Origin: Candidatus Thorarchaeota archaeon
GTDB lineage: Archaea; Asgardarchaeota; Thorarchaeia; Thorarchaeales; Thorarchaeaceae
DNA length: 64,000 nucleotides
Assembly (NCBI GenBank): GCA_019057475.1
Contig: DXJO01000004.1
Span: 32,001-96,000, forward strand
Direction: 5' to 3'
The translations under genes were made by a program, and so were the position numbers. This document shows positions 37,375 to 47,817 of this stretch, in pieces (the stretch's first letter is position 1; each line of letters begins with the position of its first letter). A model generated the notes under the pieces. It did no database searches. It was not told the DNA's origin and was given only the letters and a program-made list of their open reading frames with translations.

Positions 37375-38688
37375 ATGCGAATCCACGTGGGCTGCGGCCC
37401 GGTCTACAAGAAGGGCTACGTCAACATTGACGTCTTTGATCCTACTGTTGCAGATCGTATCATGTCTGCATATCATCTGGAATTTCCCGATGACTCAGCA
37501 AGTCTTGTGGAGTGTATGCACACTCTCGAACACCTGGGTGCAGCGAAGAGCATCTATGCATTGGCTGAATTCTTTCGCGTATTGAAACCTGGGGGTGTCT
37601 TACTTCTGGAAATCCCAGACATAGAAGCAACCTTTGCAAACTTTCTCAAGCACGGGGAAAAACAAAGGAAGCTCCTAATGAACTGGATCTACGGCTTAGA
37701 TTCGCCAGGGATGGGCCATCGCTACTGCTTCCCCCGGGAACTGCTCAGTCGCATGTTGAAAGAGTCTGGGTTCAAAGATATCCTGTTGAAGCGGCTCGCG
37801 ACCAAATCTATCCAACCATCATTGCGGGTCAAGTGCAGGAAACCTGAATCGTATATTGCCCATCAGATTATTTCACGTGTACGACGTTCTCTGGTAGACA
37901 ATGGCCTAGTTGATCTTGATGACCAAGTCAGTGCACTTGACCGCGAAACTCTCATCCAATCTCTTGCTTCACTGACACATCAGCTGTGTGCCAAATGGGA
38001 TGAACTGGCGCTAAGGCAGATGACCATAGAATCAGCGGTGCAGAATCCGCGAATGGGGTTGGCTTTCATCGAGCAACTTGAGAGCCAGGTTTCTGAGTCG
38101 GCTTCTCGGGTGAAGAGGTATGGGCGGATTCTCGAAACACTGGGGTCTCTTGACTTCCCTGCAGTTTTGTTGCATCTACTTATGCAGGTTCCTCCACAGG
38201 TAGGAACTCAGAACCAGACGTACCTGACTGTCCGAAATATGGGGGTTGCCACTGTCAAGAAGCTTCTTGCAGGAAAGGAAGAACAGGCAGTCTCGAAGGA
38301 GCTGCGACGAACACGTGCGGCGTTGTCTGGCGATAAAATTCTGAGCCACTTCTCTGAAGAAGGAGTGAAGCGCCTTGCAGAGCAGAGTTTCGCTCACGGT
38401 GCAAAAGCTTTTGCTAATCATGAACTAACTGAGGCCGTTCGATTGTTCGAAGAGGCGTTCAGTCTTAATCGTGATGATCTTCTTATTACATGGAACCTAG
38501 CGCGTCTGAAGGCGATCGAAGGAAAAGGAGATACGTCAAAGAAGTACTATGAAATGACTTCCTTGCTTGCCCAACGCTACAAGCAACCCTTCCGTCGAAG
38601 GATGCTCGAGCGGCTTCGCTCTGAAATCAGTCTTGCATCCGAGGGCCAGATGGATGGCCTAGCAGCACCAGTCTACCAGGCCTTCTAG
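37375..38688 (+). CDS. class I SAM-dependent methyltransferase with C-terminal TPR
   Basis: IHVGCG...VNID, HTLEHL, RVLKPGG; C-terminal EAVRLFEEAFSLN...WNLARL. Confidence 0.88.
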   Translation: MRIHVGCGPVYKKGYVNIDVFDPTVADRIMSAYHLEFPDDSASLVECMHTLEHLGAAKSIYALAEFFRVLKPGGVLLLEIPDIEATFANFLKHGEKQRKLLMNWIYGLDSPGMGHRYCFPRELLSRMLKESGFKDILLKRLATKSIQPSLRVKCRKPESYIAHQIISRVRRSLVDNGLVDLDDQVSALDRETLIQSLASLTHQLCAKWDELALRQMTIESAVQNPRMGLAFIEQLESQVSESASRVKRYGRILETLGSLDFPAVLLHLLMQVPPQVGTQNQTYLTVRNMGVATVKKLLAGKEEQAVSKELRRTRAALSGDKILSHFSEEGVKRLAEQSFAHGAKAFANHELTEAVRLFEEAFSLNRDDLLITWNLARLKAIEGKGDTSKKYYEMTSLLAQRYKQPFRRRMLERLRSEISLASEGQMDGLAAPVYQAF

Positions 38689-38712
38689 CAACACAATATG
38701 TCGACTGACTAT

Positions 38713-39717
38713 CTACAGCTTCTTTGCTATTAACGCTGCCAAATCAGCTAGGCGATGTGCGTAGCCTGCCTCATTGTCATACCAGCCAAGAACCTTTACC
38801 ATATTCCCCTGAGTCATCGTCGCAAGGGAGTCAAAAGAGCAGGAATCTGTATCGTTAATGAAGTCGGATGAAACAAGCGGCTCGTCAACGTACCCTAGAT
38901 ACGGAGCCATATCTCCCTTCTCGGAGGCTTTCTTGAATGCCGCATTGACAACGTCTACAGTTACTTCCTTGTCAACCTCAGCAACCAAGTCGACCAACGA
39001 AACGTCCATCAATGGAACTCTGATTGCCATGCCGTTCAACCGGCCGACCATTTTTGGATAGACCAGACCGATAGCTTTGGCAGCTCCGGTGGTCGTGGGG
39101 ATCATGTTCCATGCTCCAGCTCTGGCCCTTCTGAGGTCCTTATGCCACATGTCTAACATCCGTTGATCGTTTGTCACGGCGTGAATTGTGGTCATCAAGC
39201 CTGTTTCAAGTCCGAAGTTCTGGTCCAGAACCTTGACCAGTGGAGCAAGGCAGTTTGTGGTGCAGGAGGCGTTGGAGATAACGTGATGCTTTGAGGAGTC
39301 ATAATCGCCATCATTAACGCCAAGCACGACGGTGAACATCTCGCCACTGCCGGGGGCACTTATCACGACCTTCTTGGCTCCTGCAGTGAGATGTTTCTCT
39401 GCGTCTTCCCGTTTTCTGAAAAAGCCGGTACACTCCATCACGATGTCAATGCCCATCTCCTTCCATGGAAGCTTAGCAGGATCCCTCTCGGAAAGAATCT
39501 TGACCTCTTTGCCGTTGACAGTTATGCTTCCCTTCTCATACTCAACAGTACCGTCGAATCTGCCCATGACGGTATCGTACTTGAGGAGGTGGGCATTGGT
39601 GTGTTCGTCAGTGAGGTCATTTGCTGCTACGACTTCAAACTCTTTACTCTTCAACGCAGCCTTGAGAAAGCCACGTCCTATTCTTCCAAAACCGTTGATA
39701 GCTACTCTCGCAGTCAT
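38713..39717 (-). CDS. gap: glyceraldehyde-3-phosphate dehydrogenase, type I (bacterial/eukaryotic class)
   Basis: VAINGFGRIGR, SNASCTTNCLAP, PTTTGAAKA, WYDNE; start set to ATG 39717. Confidence 0.97.
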   Translation of the reverse strand: MTARVAINGFGRIGRGFLKAALKSKEFEVVAANDLTDEHTNAHLLKYDTVMGRFDGTVEYEKGSITVNGKEVKILSERDPAKLPWKEMGIDIVMECTGFFRKREDAEKHLTAGAKKVVISAPGSGEMFTVVLGVNDGDYDSSKHHVISNASCTTNCLAPLVKVLDQNFGLETGLMTTIHAVTNDQRMLDMWHKDLRRARAGAWNMIPTTTGAAKAIGLVYPKMVGRLNGMAIRVPLMDVSLVDLVAEVDKEVTVDVVNAAFKKASEKGDMAPYLGYVDEPLVSSDFINDTDSCSFDSLATMTQGNMVKVLGWYDNEAGYAHRLADLAALIAKKL

Positions 39718-39946
39718 ATTGTAGCACCCTTCTGCGCCTGCTCGTAGTGTTCGCCTATATTGTTTGCTATCAAACCAAGTACCTCCGCATACAAAGGAAA
39801 GATGGGTGCGCCTTGGACAATATGTAAGGTCTTCAGCTGTCACATCTCAAATGACACTTCAACTAGTCCATCCTGTTTGTTTTGCTATTCGATTGATTTT
39901 TATCAGCGATAAGCAATGGTAATCGAAACGTGAAGGGGAAACAGTA

Positions 39947-41800
39947 TTGAGCAAAGAACGGAAGAAGAAAGAAGACATCTCTTTGGAAGATCTGATAGCT
40001 CTACCTGTCCAGTTCATGGGCAACCCTGGTAGAACTAGTCGAAGAATATGCTTTGCATCAAATAAGACTGGCCGAATGGAATTACATTTACTTGATCTTG
40101 AAACGCAAGAGTTCTCTCAACTATCAAATGGTGAGTATCCAATATCTCCAGTGGGTTGGCATAAATGGGCTCCAGATGACACATATCTCCTATTTCCTAA
40201 GGACCCAATTCAGGGAAATGAGAAGAATGACATCTACAAAATATCAGTCCCAGATGGAAGAGTAACGCAAATTACCAATACTCCTGAATCCAGCGATGAC
40301 TTGGGAGAGGTTAGCCATGATGGGAAATGGATTGTCTTCCGCTCCGATCGTGTTGAGGGTATTGATCAACTGTTCAGAATGCGCCCTGATGGAACGGAAG
40401 TCACGCAGCTCACAGAGCATACCCGCCCGATTTCATTCTGGTCAGATGTTAGTATATCCCCAGATGATGAGTGGATTGCTTATACTGCAAATGAATCAGA
40501 GAATCTCCAGAATATCGATGTATGGGTTGTGAAAATGGATGGTTCTGATAGGAAGAAGCTCTTTGGAGTCCAAGATGGATCAAAGGAGTTGGTTCGGGCT
40601 TGGTCACGCGATGGTACTATGTTATTAGTATCATCTGACTATGCGGGGACTGACCAAGCTGGAGTTTATTTCCTGAACTCAGGTAATGTGAAATGGTTTG
40701 GAGAAGCAAGTGCTCCTGAGTCACCAGTGAAATTCACTGCTGATGGTAAACAAATCATAGTTGGACGTGACATTGATGCTGAGCAGAAACTTCTCCTCTA
40801 TGATATAAAAACTGGAGAGGAAACCACACTCGATATCCCCTCTGGATTTGCAGGTGCAGTATACACTACATTTGACGGAAATCATCTACTTGTGGGTCAT
40901 CAAGACTCGACCCATCGAATGCGTTTCATACTATACGATCTCATCAAGCATTCCTTTGAAGAGGTCATCCCTGCAGAGTATGGGAGATTTTCTCCTGAAG
41001 ATTTCCTCCCAGATGAATACATCAGCTATCCTTCTGGTGACACGACGGTTCATGCGATTCTATACAGGCCAAAGAATCTCAAGCGTGGTGTGAAGCTACC
41101 TGCTATCGTAGTACCCCATGGAGGTCCTACTGGACACTATATCCGCGTCTTCCTTGATGATGCTCAGGTACTTGCAAATGAAGGATATGTCTTATTGTAC
41201 CCGAATGTAAGAGGATCCACAGGATATGGTGTAGAATTCAGAGATGCATGTCTGAATGACTGGGGGGGCAAGGATCTTGATGACGTTGAGGCTGGGGTTG
41301 AGTATCTACGTAGTCTAGATTATGTGAATCCTGACCGAATAGGAATACATGGTGGTAGCTATGGAGGTTATTTGACATTCATGGCTGTCACAAAAAAGCC
41401 AGACCTCTGGAAAGCAGCCTCAGCTTGGATGGGAATCACTTCATTAAAGCATCTCCACGAGAAGTGCAAGGAAACATTCCCGGCTCTGCCATATTACCTT
41501 GAGGAGCAGATGGGCAAACCTGAGGACGAAGGAGTTCTTGAACTATGGGAAGACAGAAGCGCAATCAACTTCGTGAAGAATATGTCCGCCAAGCTTCAAA
41601 TGATTCATGCTGAGAACGACCCGCGATGTCCCATCGAGCAGTCTGAGATGTTCAGAGACCGATTAGTCGAATTGGGACGAAAAGAGGGAGAAGACTTCGA
41701 GTATGTCCATCTAACAGAAGAGGGACACGGGTCATTCGATAAAGACCAACGCGTACGGATGATGCGTCACGTCTTTGACTTCTTTAATCGAAACCTCTGA
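39947..41800 (+). CDS. S9 family peptidase (acylaminoacyl peptidase-like) with beta-propeller
   Basis: HGGP, NVRGSTGYG, GGSYGG, NDPRC, EGH. Confidence 0.95.
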   Translation: MSKERKKKEDISLEDLIALPVQFMGNPGRTSRRICFASNKTGRMELHLLDLETQEFSQLSNGEYPISPVGWHKWAPDDTYLLFPKDPIQGNEKNDIYKISVPDGRVTQITNTPESSDDLGEVSHDGKWIVFRSDRVEGIDQLFRMRPDGTEVTQLTEHTRPISFWSDVSISPDDEWIAYTANESENLQNIDVWVVKMDGSDRKKLFGVQDGSKELVRAWSRDGTMLLVSSDYAGTDQAGVYFLNSGNVKWFGEASAPESPVKFTADGKQIIVGRDIDAEQKLLLYDIKTGEETTLDIPSGFAGAVYTTFDGNHLLVGHQDSTHRMRFILYDLIKHSFEEVIPAEYGRFSPEDFLPDEYISYPSGDTTVHAILYRPKNLKRGVKLPAIVVPHGGPTGHYIRVFLDDAQVLANEGYVLLYPNVRGSTGYGVEFRDACLNDWGGKDLDDVEAGVEYLRSLDYVNPDRIGIHGGSYGGYLTFMAVTKKPDLWKAASAWMGITSLKHLHEKCKETFPALPYYLEEQMGKPEDEGVLELWEDRSAINFVKNMSAKLQMIHAENDPRCPIEQSEMFRDRLVELGRKEGEDFEYVHLTEEGHGSFDKDQRVRMMRHVFDFFNRNL

Positions 41801-41949
41801 TTCGATTAGTAAACATATGATGGGGAGTTCTGGTGGCCTTTCATACCGCGAACTCTCCTGATGGGATTTCACTAGAGTCATTCTGTCTAGTCTCAAGTAC
41901 CTGTTTCTTCTGAATATAACTCGCGCAATAGGCGTTTGAACAAGGTAAT

Positions 41950-43151
41950 TCACTCAGGTTCCTGGGGTCTCGCAAGCAGCGCCTGCTGATATCGTTTCAT
42001 GCCAACATAATACACGGGAACCGGAAGCAGTTCCATAATTCCCACCATGACGAATGGAGCAGCGGGGTTGAGTGAAACCCACATCATTCCTCCCATAATG
42101 GGCGCAACGAATCTCGCGAAGGCCAGCACACCGCGGAAGTGACCAAACCCTTCGTGAGCCTTCCCCTCGTACGCTGTGCCAAATACAGAAGACATCACAG
42201 TGTGACCTGCTGTCCCAACAACGGTCTGAACGATGAAGATTGCGGCAATCCACCACAGGTTGGGGGCAAAGACGAACATGATGTTTGTTGCAAACCCAAT
42301 CAGGGATGCGAATGCAACCACGTGGATTTTGTTGGCTTTGTCTGCATATCTCCCTATAGGCTCGCTCACGAATGAAATGATGATACCCGGGGGAAGGTAA
42401 ACCAGTGCTATGAGCATGATGTCTGTGGTGAATCTCTCGAGAATGAATAGCTCGACAAATGGCGATAGAAGTGACATCCCAAAGGCATTGATGGCTGCAG
42501 CTATCACCAACGCTACAATACCAACGGCAATTGCGGCCTGCTTGTTTTGAGAGAGAACCGGCGCTTCTTACTCGATTGGCGGCACTCGACTTGCTAGCAC
42601 TATCACTCCACCGATTAGGCTAGTCGCAGCAAAGAACAAGAACGGAACAATTCCGTTGAAGATGGTTAATAGGCTGAAACCAATAAACGCCCCTATTATG
42701 GACTCACGCCCGTTTGCAGCTTCCCGACGCCCGAAAGCTTCTGCTCGATTCTCATGAATTGCTCGCTCGGAAATCTCTGCATCACTGCCTACATAGTAGA
42801 AGGCCGCTCCGCATCCCCATACAAGACTATTGAGAATGAGCAAATCCACCAATCCGAGGTAGATTGCCATAGCCATTCCGATGTATGATAGTGATCGAAA
42901 CAGAGCTCCTGCAAAGATTGCTTGACGCCTTCGTTTTCTCTTCACGATTCTTCCGGCCAATGGTGAGAATATCGCAATTCCAAGAGTGAATGAAGCGAAG
43001 ATCATCCCCACCTGGATTGCATTGGCTCCATTGTGACCGCCATGATTGGAAGAATGAATGCCACATAGAAAAAGCCCAAACTGCAGAAAAGCGATGAATT
43101 GTAGATTGACTTGGGGCTCGCCCAATCAGTCTTCCTTTGCGAATCTTCTAT
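41950..43151 (-). pseudogene. disrupted MFS transporter
   Basis: In-frame TAA at 42568-42570 separates two same-frame ORFs; frameshift near 43030; ATA in the expected start position after GGAGG. Confidence 0.8.
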
Positions 43152-43198
43152 GTTATCCCTCCCCCTCAGTTTGCTTTCCTGTCTGGGTGTTCTATCCG

Positions 43199-44182
43199 CT
43201 AGAGATAACAGGCTACGAATCTACCGGGCTTGACTTCAACCAGTTCCGGCTCCTCGGCTTTGCACTGAGGACCGAATTCCTGACAGCGAGGCTTGAAGCG
43301 GCATCCCGGAGGAAGGTCAATGGGAGTTGGGGTTTCTCCAGGCAGCATTATCCTATGCCTCTTATGTGTGGGGTCTGGTATCGGGATGTTTGAAACCAAC
43401 GCCTTTGTGTAAGGATGAAGCGGATCCATGATGACCTCCTCCATTGGGCCCGTTTCCACAAGGCGTCCAAGATACATTATGACGATGTAATCGGCGATGT
43501 ATCGTGCTTGAGCCAAATCGTGAGTGATGAAGATATAGGTGAGGCCATGTTCCTCCTGCAGGTCTTCCATTAGGTTCATGATCTCGGTTCGAATGCTTGC
43601 ATCAAGCATGGACACTGGTTCATCAGCGATTATGAGCTTCGGCTCCAAGATGAGTGAACGTGCGATTGCCACTCTCTGAAGCTGACCTCCGCTGAGCTCA
43701 TGTGTGTAGCGCCTTGCAAAATCCTTTGCCGGCATGAGCCTTACATTCTCGAGAGCAGCAAGAACGCGACGGCGCAGTTCGGCTTCATTTTCTTCGATTT
43801 TGTGAATGGTGAGCCCCTCACCGACAAGTGTTTCAACGGTAAGCCGGGGGTCTAGGACCTCGAAGGGGTTCTGGAAGATGATCTGCATTTTCAGTCTCAA
43901 CAGGCGGAGTTCCTCTCGCGTCAAATCGGATATGTTGACTCCTTCGAAGTATGCACTTCCTGACGTGGGTTCAATAAGACGAAGGATAGTCCTAGCTAGT
44001 GTTGTTTTACCGCAGCCAGACTCTCCTGCAATGGCGATTGAGCCGCCTCTCGGGACATCAAAGCTCACATCGTCTACAGCCTTTACGTATTTCTTTTCCT
44101 GCATGAAAGAAAGGAGTCCTGAACGCACAGGAAACCATTTCTTTAGGTTCCGAACTTCAAGGATGGGCTCTACTGATGTCAT
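43199..44182 (-). CDS. peptide ABC transporter ATPase (OppF-like)
   Basis: [23 protein letters not shown]. Confidence 0.95.
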   Translation of the reverse strand: MTSVEPILEVRNLKKWFPVRSGLLSFMQEKKYVKAVDDVSFDVPRGGSIAIAGESGCGKTTLARTILRLIEPTSGSAYFEGVNISDLTREELRLLRLKMQIIFQNPFEVLDPRLTVETLVGEGLTIHKIEENEAELRRRVLAALENVRLMPAKDFARRYTHELSGGQLQRVAIARSLILEPKLIIADEPVSMLDASIRTEIMNLMEDLQEEHGLTYIFITHDLAQARYIADYIVIMYLGRLVETGPMEEVIMDPLHPYTKALVSNIPIPDPTHKRHRIMLPGETPTPIDLPPGCRFKPRCQEFGPQCKAEEPELVEVKPGRFVACYL

Positions 44183-45156
44183 TCAATCACCTCGAAAGAC
44201 AGTTCTCCAGCGAAGTGACACTTTGCGTAATGTCCCTGCTTGATTTCTCTATACATAGGTTCTTTCTCTTTGCAGATATCCTGAGCGTAGGGACACCTTG
44301 GATGGAACCTGCAGCCAGCGGGAGGATTCAGTAGGTTTGGAGGAGTACCTGGAATGAACTGCAGGCGCTTCTTTTCCCCGATTACACTCGGGAATGCACC
44401 AATCAACTTGGATGTGTACGGATGCAGATTGTGCTTGAACACTGCCTTCGCACTGCCCACTTCAACTAGGTTGCCTGCGTACATTATGCCTACGTTGTGA
44501 CAGTTCTCTGCAACAACTGACAGGTCGTGAGTGATGAACAGGACTGCAAGCTCGTACTTTTCCTGCAGCTTCCTGAGCAAGTCCAGTATCTTGTTCTGGA
44601 CTATCACGTCAAGGGCTGTCACCGGCTCGTCAGCAATGACGAGCATTGGATCACACGCAAGAGACTGGGCAATGATGGCACGTTGGAGCATTCCGCCACT
44701 GAACTCATGAGGGTAGTCTCTTTGCCTCTTCGGTTCTAGACCCACCTCATCGAAAAGATCGGAAACAGTTGCTCTTGCCTCTTCCTTGCTGACACCTTCC
44801 TTCTCACGAATCACCTCAACAATCTGGGCGCCTATGCGAAGCACAGGATTGAACGCATTCATGGCGTACTGGAAAATTATGGATGCTTTTCTCCATCTTA
44901 AATACCTTATCTCCTCTTCACTGAGAGCGGTAATTTCCTCATCTCCAAGCCTTATCGTGCCCTGTACTATCCGACCGTTCTCAGGGAGCAGACGCATGAT
45001 GCTGTATGCAGTAGTTGTCTTGCCGCAGCCTGACTCACCAGCGAGCCCAAGAGTTTCCTTCGCCTCTATCTTGAAGGACACACCATCTACGGCCTTGACT
45101 GACTCCTTGCCGAGGTAGTAGTAGGTCTTGAGATTCTCAACTTCAAGAACTGCCAT
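44179..45156 (-). CDS. peptide ABC transporter ATPase (OppD-like)
   Basis: [16 protein letters not shown]; start set to ATG 45156. Confidence 0.95.
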   Translation of the reverse strand: MAVLEVENLKTYYYLGKESVKAVDGVSFKIEAKETLGLAGESGCGKTTTAYSIMRLLPENGRIVQGTIRLGDEEITALSEEEIRYLRWRKASIIFQYAMNAFNPVLRIGAQIVEVIREKEGVSKEEARATVSDLFDEVGLEPKRQRDYPHEFSGGMLQRAIIAQSLACDPMLVIADEPVTALDVIVQNKILDLLRKLQEKYELAVLFITHDLSVVAENCHNVGIMYAGNLVEVGSAKAVFKHNLHPYTSKLIGAFPSVIGEKKRLQFIPGTPPNLLNPPAGCRFHPRCPYAQDICKEKEPMYREIKQGHYAKCHFAGELSFEVIE

Positions 45157-45157
45157 T

Positions 45158-46705
45158 TCAGCGTCGCCTCCCTCGTAAGCGTGGATTGACAACTTTGTCC
45201 GCTGCGTGACTCACGAACACGAAACCTAACGAGGTCAGTAGGATCAGCAATCCCGGTGGAAGAATCCACCACCATGCCATATTGAGAAGTGCCGCGTTCT
45301 TGTTTGCCCAATGAAGCATGATACCCCAGCTGGGTGGCCCGTGAATATCCACGAAACCAAGGAACGCGATACCTGCCTCACCAAGAATAGCACTAACAAC
45401 ACCAAGAATCATGTTTGCCAAGATAAGTGGCAAAGTGTTTGGAAGAATGTGTTTGATGAGGATGTATCTATCCGAAGCACCTAATGCATGGGCCGCCTCT
45501 GTAAGAGGTCTCTCCCTGAGAGATAGCGCCTCACTTCGTACCATTCTCGCTGTTCCTGTCCAACCAAGAATTGCAATGACAAAAATGATGTTGTGAAGAC
45601 CCTGTCCAAACATAATCAGAAATACTAACATCAGTGGGAGTGTTGGAAGTGAAAGGAATACATCAGTTATTCGCATTAGAATAGTATCAACAGATCCGCC
45701 ATAATAGCCAGATATCAAACCCACTGTAGTACCTAGACCCACGGCGACAATACTAGCTGTGAATCCAACTATAAGTGAAATTTGAGTTCCATAAACTAGG
45801 CGACTCAAGATATCCTGACCGATGTGATTAGTTCCCAGCGGAAATTCTGCTGAAGGTGGTAGAAGCAGATTCTCTCCAATTCCAGCTGTTAATTCGCCCC
45901 AGTTTCGTATCAACCCTGCCCATTCAAGCACTGGTGCAATTAATGCTAGACCAACGATTGCGCCAATAATGCCCAGACCGACAAGCCCCATCCGTTCATG
46001 AACGAACTCGCTCCAGAATGATTCAATGCTCCTGCGATAATTCCAAATCGATTCGATTATTTTGGGAAGGATCATGTATGCTGGAATTAGGATGAATGTT
46101 GCGATAAGTGAGATTCCACCCAGTGTATTGTTTAGTGGCACCGAAAGCACTGCTGGCAAAATAGTAGTTCCAGTTGCTGCTTCGGAGAGGAATCCTTCTA
46201 ACACAATCCAGATTCCTACACTGCCAACTGCGATTCCACGATAAAGATCAATCTGTCGATTCGACCAATGGGCGAGTAGTTTTGGATTCCATAGAAAGAG
46301 CACGAATGCGAAAATGAATCCTATTCCTATACCAAATGCAAAGAAGAAGAGTATTGTAAGTCCAACTAGTAATAATGGTTGTAGAATTTTTACCAGACGA
46401 TAATTATAGAACTGCTTGTAATAAAGTGCGAGGAACATTGTTCCTCCGAACAATGCCCAACCGCTGATTCGATATGATGTTGTTATGAACAAACTGTAAT
46501 CTTCAGACAACCCTGTTACTTCGAAGGACAACCATCCAACTAAGATGTTTGTCACTGAATCTACAATGAATATGACTAAGAGAGTAAGTAAGATGAACGA
46601 TCCTAGTGAAGCCAATTTTACATGCCAGGGTTTCTTCTTACTTGCTGTTTCGAATATTTCATTGTCTGAATCCGTTGAGATATCTTGGTGTGTCATTTTC
46701 TGCAT
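45158..46705 (-). CDS. peptide ABC transporter permease (OppC-like) with large N-terminal TM extension
   Basis: PLGTNHIGQDILSR, EAAHALGA, PSWG. Confidence 0.93.
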   Translation of the reverse strand: MQKMTHQDISTDSDNEIFETASKKKPWHVKLASLGSFILLTLLVIFIVDSVTNILVGWLSFEVTGLSEDYSLFITTSYRISGWALFGGTMFLALYYKQFYNYRLVKILQPLLLVGLTILFFFAFGIGIGFIFAFVLFLWNPKLLAHWSNRQIDLYRGIAVGSVGIWIVLEGFLSEAATGTTILPAVLSVPLNNTLGGISLIATFILIPAYMILPKIIESIWNYRRSIESFWSEFVHERMGLVGLGIIGAIVGLALIAPVLEWAGLIRNWGELTAGIGENLLLPPSAEFPLGTNHIGQDILSRLVYGTQISLIVGFTASIVAVGLGTTVGLISGYYGGSVDTILMRITDVFLSLPTLPLMLVFLIMFGQGLHNIIFVIAILGWTGTARMVRSEALSLRERPLTEAAHALGASDRYILIKHILPNTLPLILANMILGVVSAILGEAGIAFLGFVDIHGPPSWGIMLHWANKNAALLNMAWWWILPPGLLILLTSLGFVFVSHAADKVVNPRLRGRRR

Positions 46706-46711
46706 TCCTCC

Positions 46712-47731
46712 TTAATATCTAATTCTTGGATCCAGGTACAAGTACAACACATCCGCTAGAAAATTCGCAAAAACTGTGATACTTGCTAAGAATAGAAATA
46801 TCCCCTGTAAAACCGGATAATCTACTGATAATACAGAATGATACGTCAACAATCCTAATCCTGACCAACTAAAAACGAATTCAGTAATCATAGCGCCACT
46901 GATAAGGTACGGTAGGTTGACTGCAACAACGCTGACCATCGGTAACATTGCATTTCTCATAGCATGTCCAAAGAGTATTGTGCGTTCTTTGAGCCCTTTT
47001 GCTCTAGCTGCAAGAATATAATCTTGTGTGAACACATCTAGTACCGAATCTCTCATTATCAGGTAGAAACCTCCAATGAACGATAATGTTAGAACTATCC
47101 ATGGCCCTGTCATATGCCACAAGTAATCACGCCAATAATCAAGGAAATTCACATGCACATAGCCTCTTGTGATTGTTCCTGCAAGAGGAATAATTCCTAA
47201 TTGAAATCCGAAAAACATCAGCATTAGTAGACCAATCCAAAATACGGGCATTGCGTATGCGACAAGAAAAGTTACAGTGGATCCAGTGTCAATTAAGGTG
47301 TCGCGTCGAGCTGCTGCAATAACACCGACTACTATTCCGATGATTATTGCTGCGGCCATTGAAGCTCCCATCAGAATGAATGTGTTTGCAAATCTGAAAT
47401 CAAAAATCGTTTTCCAAACTGGCTCTCCGAAATGTGAAAAGGAATAGCCCATGTCTCCTTGAAAGAGATTAACCAGATAGATGAAATATTGTTCAATGAG
47501 ACTCTTGTCTAACCCAAATCGTTCAACGATTGCTTGTCTAAGTTCTGGAGGGATGCCTTCACCTAGAAGTGCCTGACGAGGATCTCCTGGCATAACTCTG
47601 AAAATGATAAAATTCAGTGTTATGATCATAAACCACACTATGATTGTTTGTACGAAACGCTGAGCAATATACCGCCGGGTTCCAACACTAGTTCTTGCTG
47701 ACACAGCACCACTCTCATTCAATATATGCAA
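46712..47731 (-). CDS. peptide ABC transporter permease (OppB-like)
   Basis: MPGDP, DYILAARAKGL, LDPRIR; true start may be slightly downstream. Confidence 0.93.
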   Translation of the reverse strand: MHILNESGAVSARTSVGTRRYIAQRFVQTIIVWFMIITLNFIIFRVMPGDPRQALLGEGIPPELRQAIVERFGLDKSLIEQYFIYLVNLFQGDMGYSFSHFGEPVWKTIFDFRFANTFILMGASMAAAIIIGIVVGVIAAARRDTLIDTGSTVTFLVAYAMPVFWIGLLMLMFFGFQLGIIPLAGTITRGYVHVNFLDYWRDYLWHMTGPWIVLTLSFIGGFYLIMRDSVLDVFTQDYILAARAKGLKERTILFGHAMRNAMLPMVSVVAVNLPYLISGAMITEFVFSWSGLGLLTYHSVLSVDYPVLQGIFLFLASITVFANFLADVLYLYLDPRIRY

Positions 47732-47817
47732 TTATGTACTACTTAAAAGACCGCGGAATTACGTGGGCAAAAAGAAAGGAGTAGGGACCTAAGCTAGGCC
47801 CCTTAAACCAGTTTGAA

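Noticed and set aside
39718-39843. N-terminal extension of GAPDH
   Set aside because: Homology starts at MTARVAING; the extension covers likely promoter sequence
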